A DNA stretch of 64,000 nt from Heptranchias perlo. Taxonomy: Eukaryota. The notes under the pieces are model-generated. The model was not told the DNA's origin. It saw nothing but the letters and a program-made list of their open reading frames with translations, and made no database searches. Positions 63,521 through 64,000 of this stretch are shown in pieces. A program made the position numbers and the translations under genes. How positions within the stretch are numbered: position 1 is the stretch's first letter; each line of letters opens with the position of its first letter. Where the stretch lies: positions 20,832,001 to 20,896,000 of the forward strand of contig NC_090352.1 in the NCBI RefSeq assembly GCF_035084215.1, given 5' to 3'.

Positions 63521-63668
63521 AAAACAGAAAATTCTGGAAATGCACAACGGAATGATCAGCATTTGTGAGGGAAAGACAAGTTAATGCTTTCGTGCGATCC
63601 ATCATCACAGCTGAAATGTTAATGTATCTTTAGGCACTTGCTGCACGTCTCCAGAACTTTCTGTTTTT
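63521..63668. mobile_element. Old inverted-repeat remnant, probably a second Penelope-like family
   Basis: AAAACAGAAAATTCTGGA ... TCCAGAACTTTCTGTTTT inverted ends with a decayed GTTAA..TTTC / GAAATGTTAA centre. Confidence 0.45.
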
Positions 63669-64000
63669 TTTGGAACAAAGTGAGGTGGGACTTGGGGAAC
63701 TAGATGTTGGGGCTTGTGCCAAGACGCCAATGGACTGAAGGGTCTGCAGAAGTCCTGGGGCACCCTGAAGAAAAGATCAAATGCAAGTAACCTTTGAGTT
63801 TGGAGTTTATACCCCTGCTTCAGATGATTTTCAGGCATTGGGACCTACTGGCAGCTGCCAGAATGCCCAATATCAGTGGCCAGGAGCACAGCTGCAGGTC
63901 TCTCTGTCCTCAAACTCTCTATTCCTCTGGCTCCAGCTCTTAAGCATCCCTCCCTTCACTCAACCATTGTTGGCTATGAATTCACCCACCTAATCCCCAC

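Noticed and set aside
63560-63625. Hammerhead in the old fold-back remnant
   Set aside because: No intact CUGAnGA core or helix II can be read on either strand.

Overview
Eukaryotic, repeat-dense genomic DNA; the repeat repertoire (CR1, L2, Deu-core SINEs, PIF/Harbinger, Penelope-like remnants) points to a cartilaginous fish (inference). The only host coding sequence I can support is two minus-strand exons of a DOC2B-like C2-domain gene (47573-47682 and 3310-3436), separated by a 44.1-kb intron; the rest of the window appears to be intronic. It holds many nested LINE fragments, several decayed Harbinger transposons (Myb/SANT and HARBI1-like remnants) with their MITEs, an RPS17 processed pseudogene, a ~3-kb C-rich minisatellite that appears to have grown inside a Harbinger-type MITE, and a perfect 22-bp minisatellite. 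The most interesting signal is three short Penelope-like insertions, each carrying a minimal type I hammerhead ribozyme (CUGAnGA-A-helix II-GAAA-GC-UU, closed by helix I) with a compensatory base-pair change between copies. One hammerhead lies on the DOC2B sense strand, and one insertion has an arm that ends at the predicted cleavage site. Repeat boundaries lacking a TSD or TIR are approximate. Family names and reference protein sequences come from recognition, not database searches.
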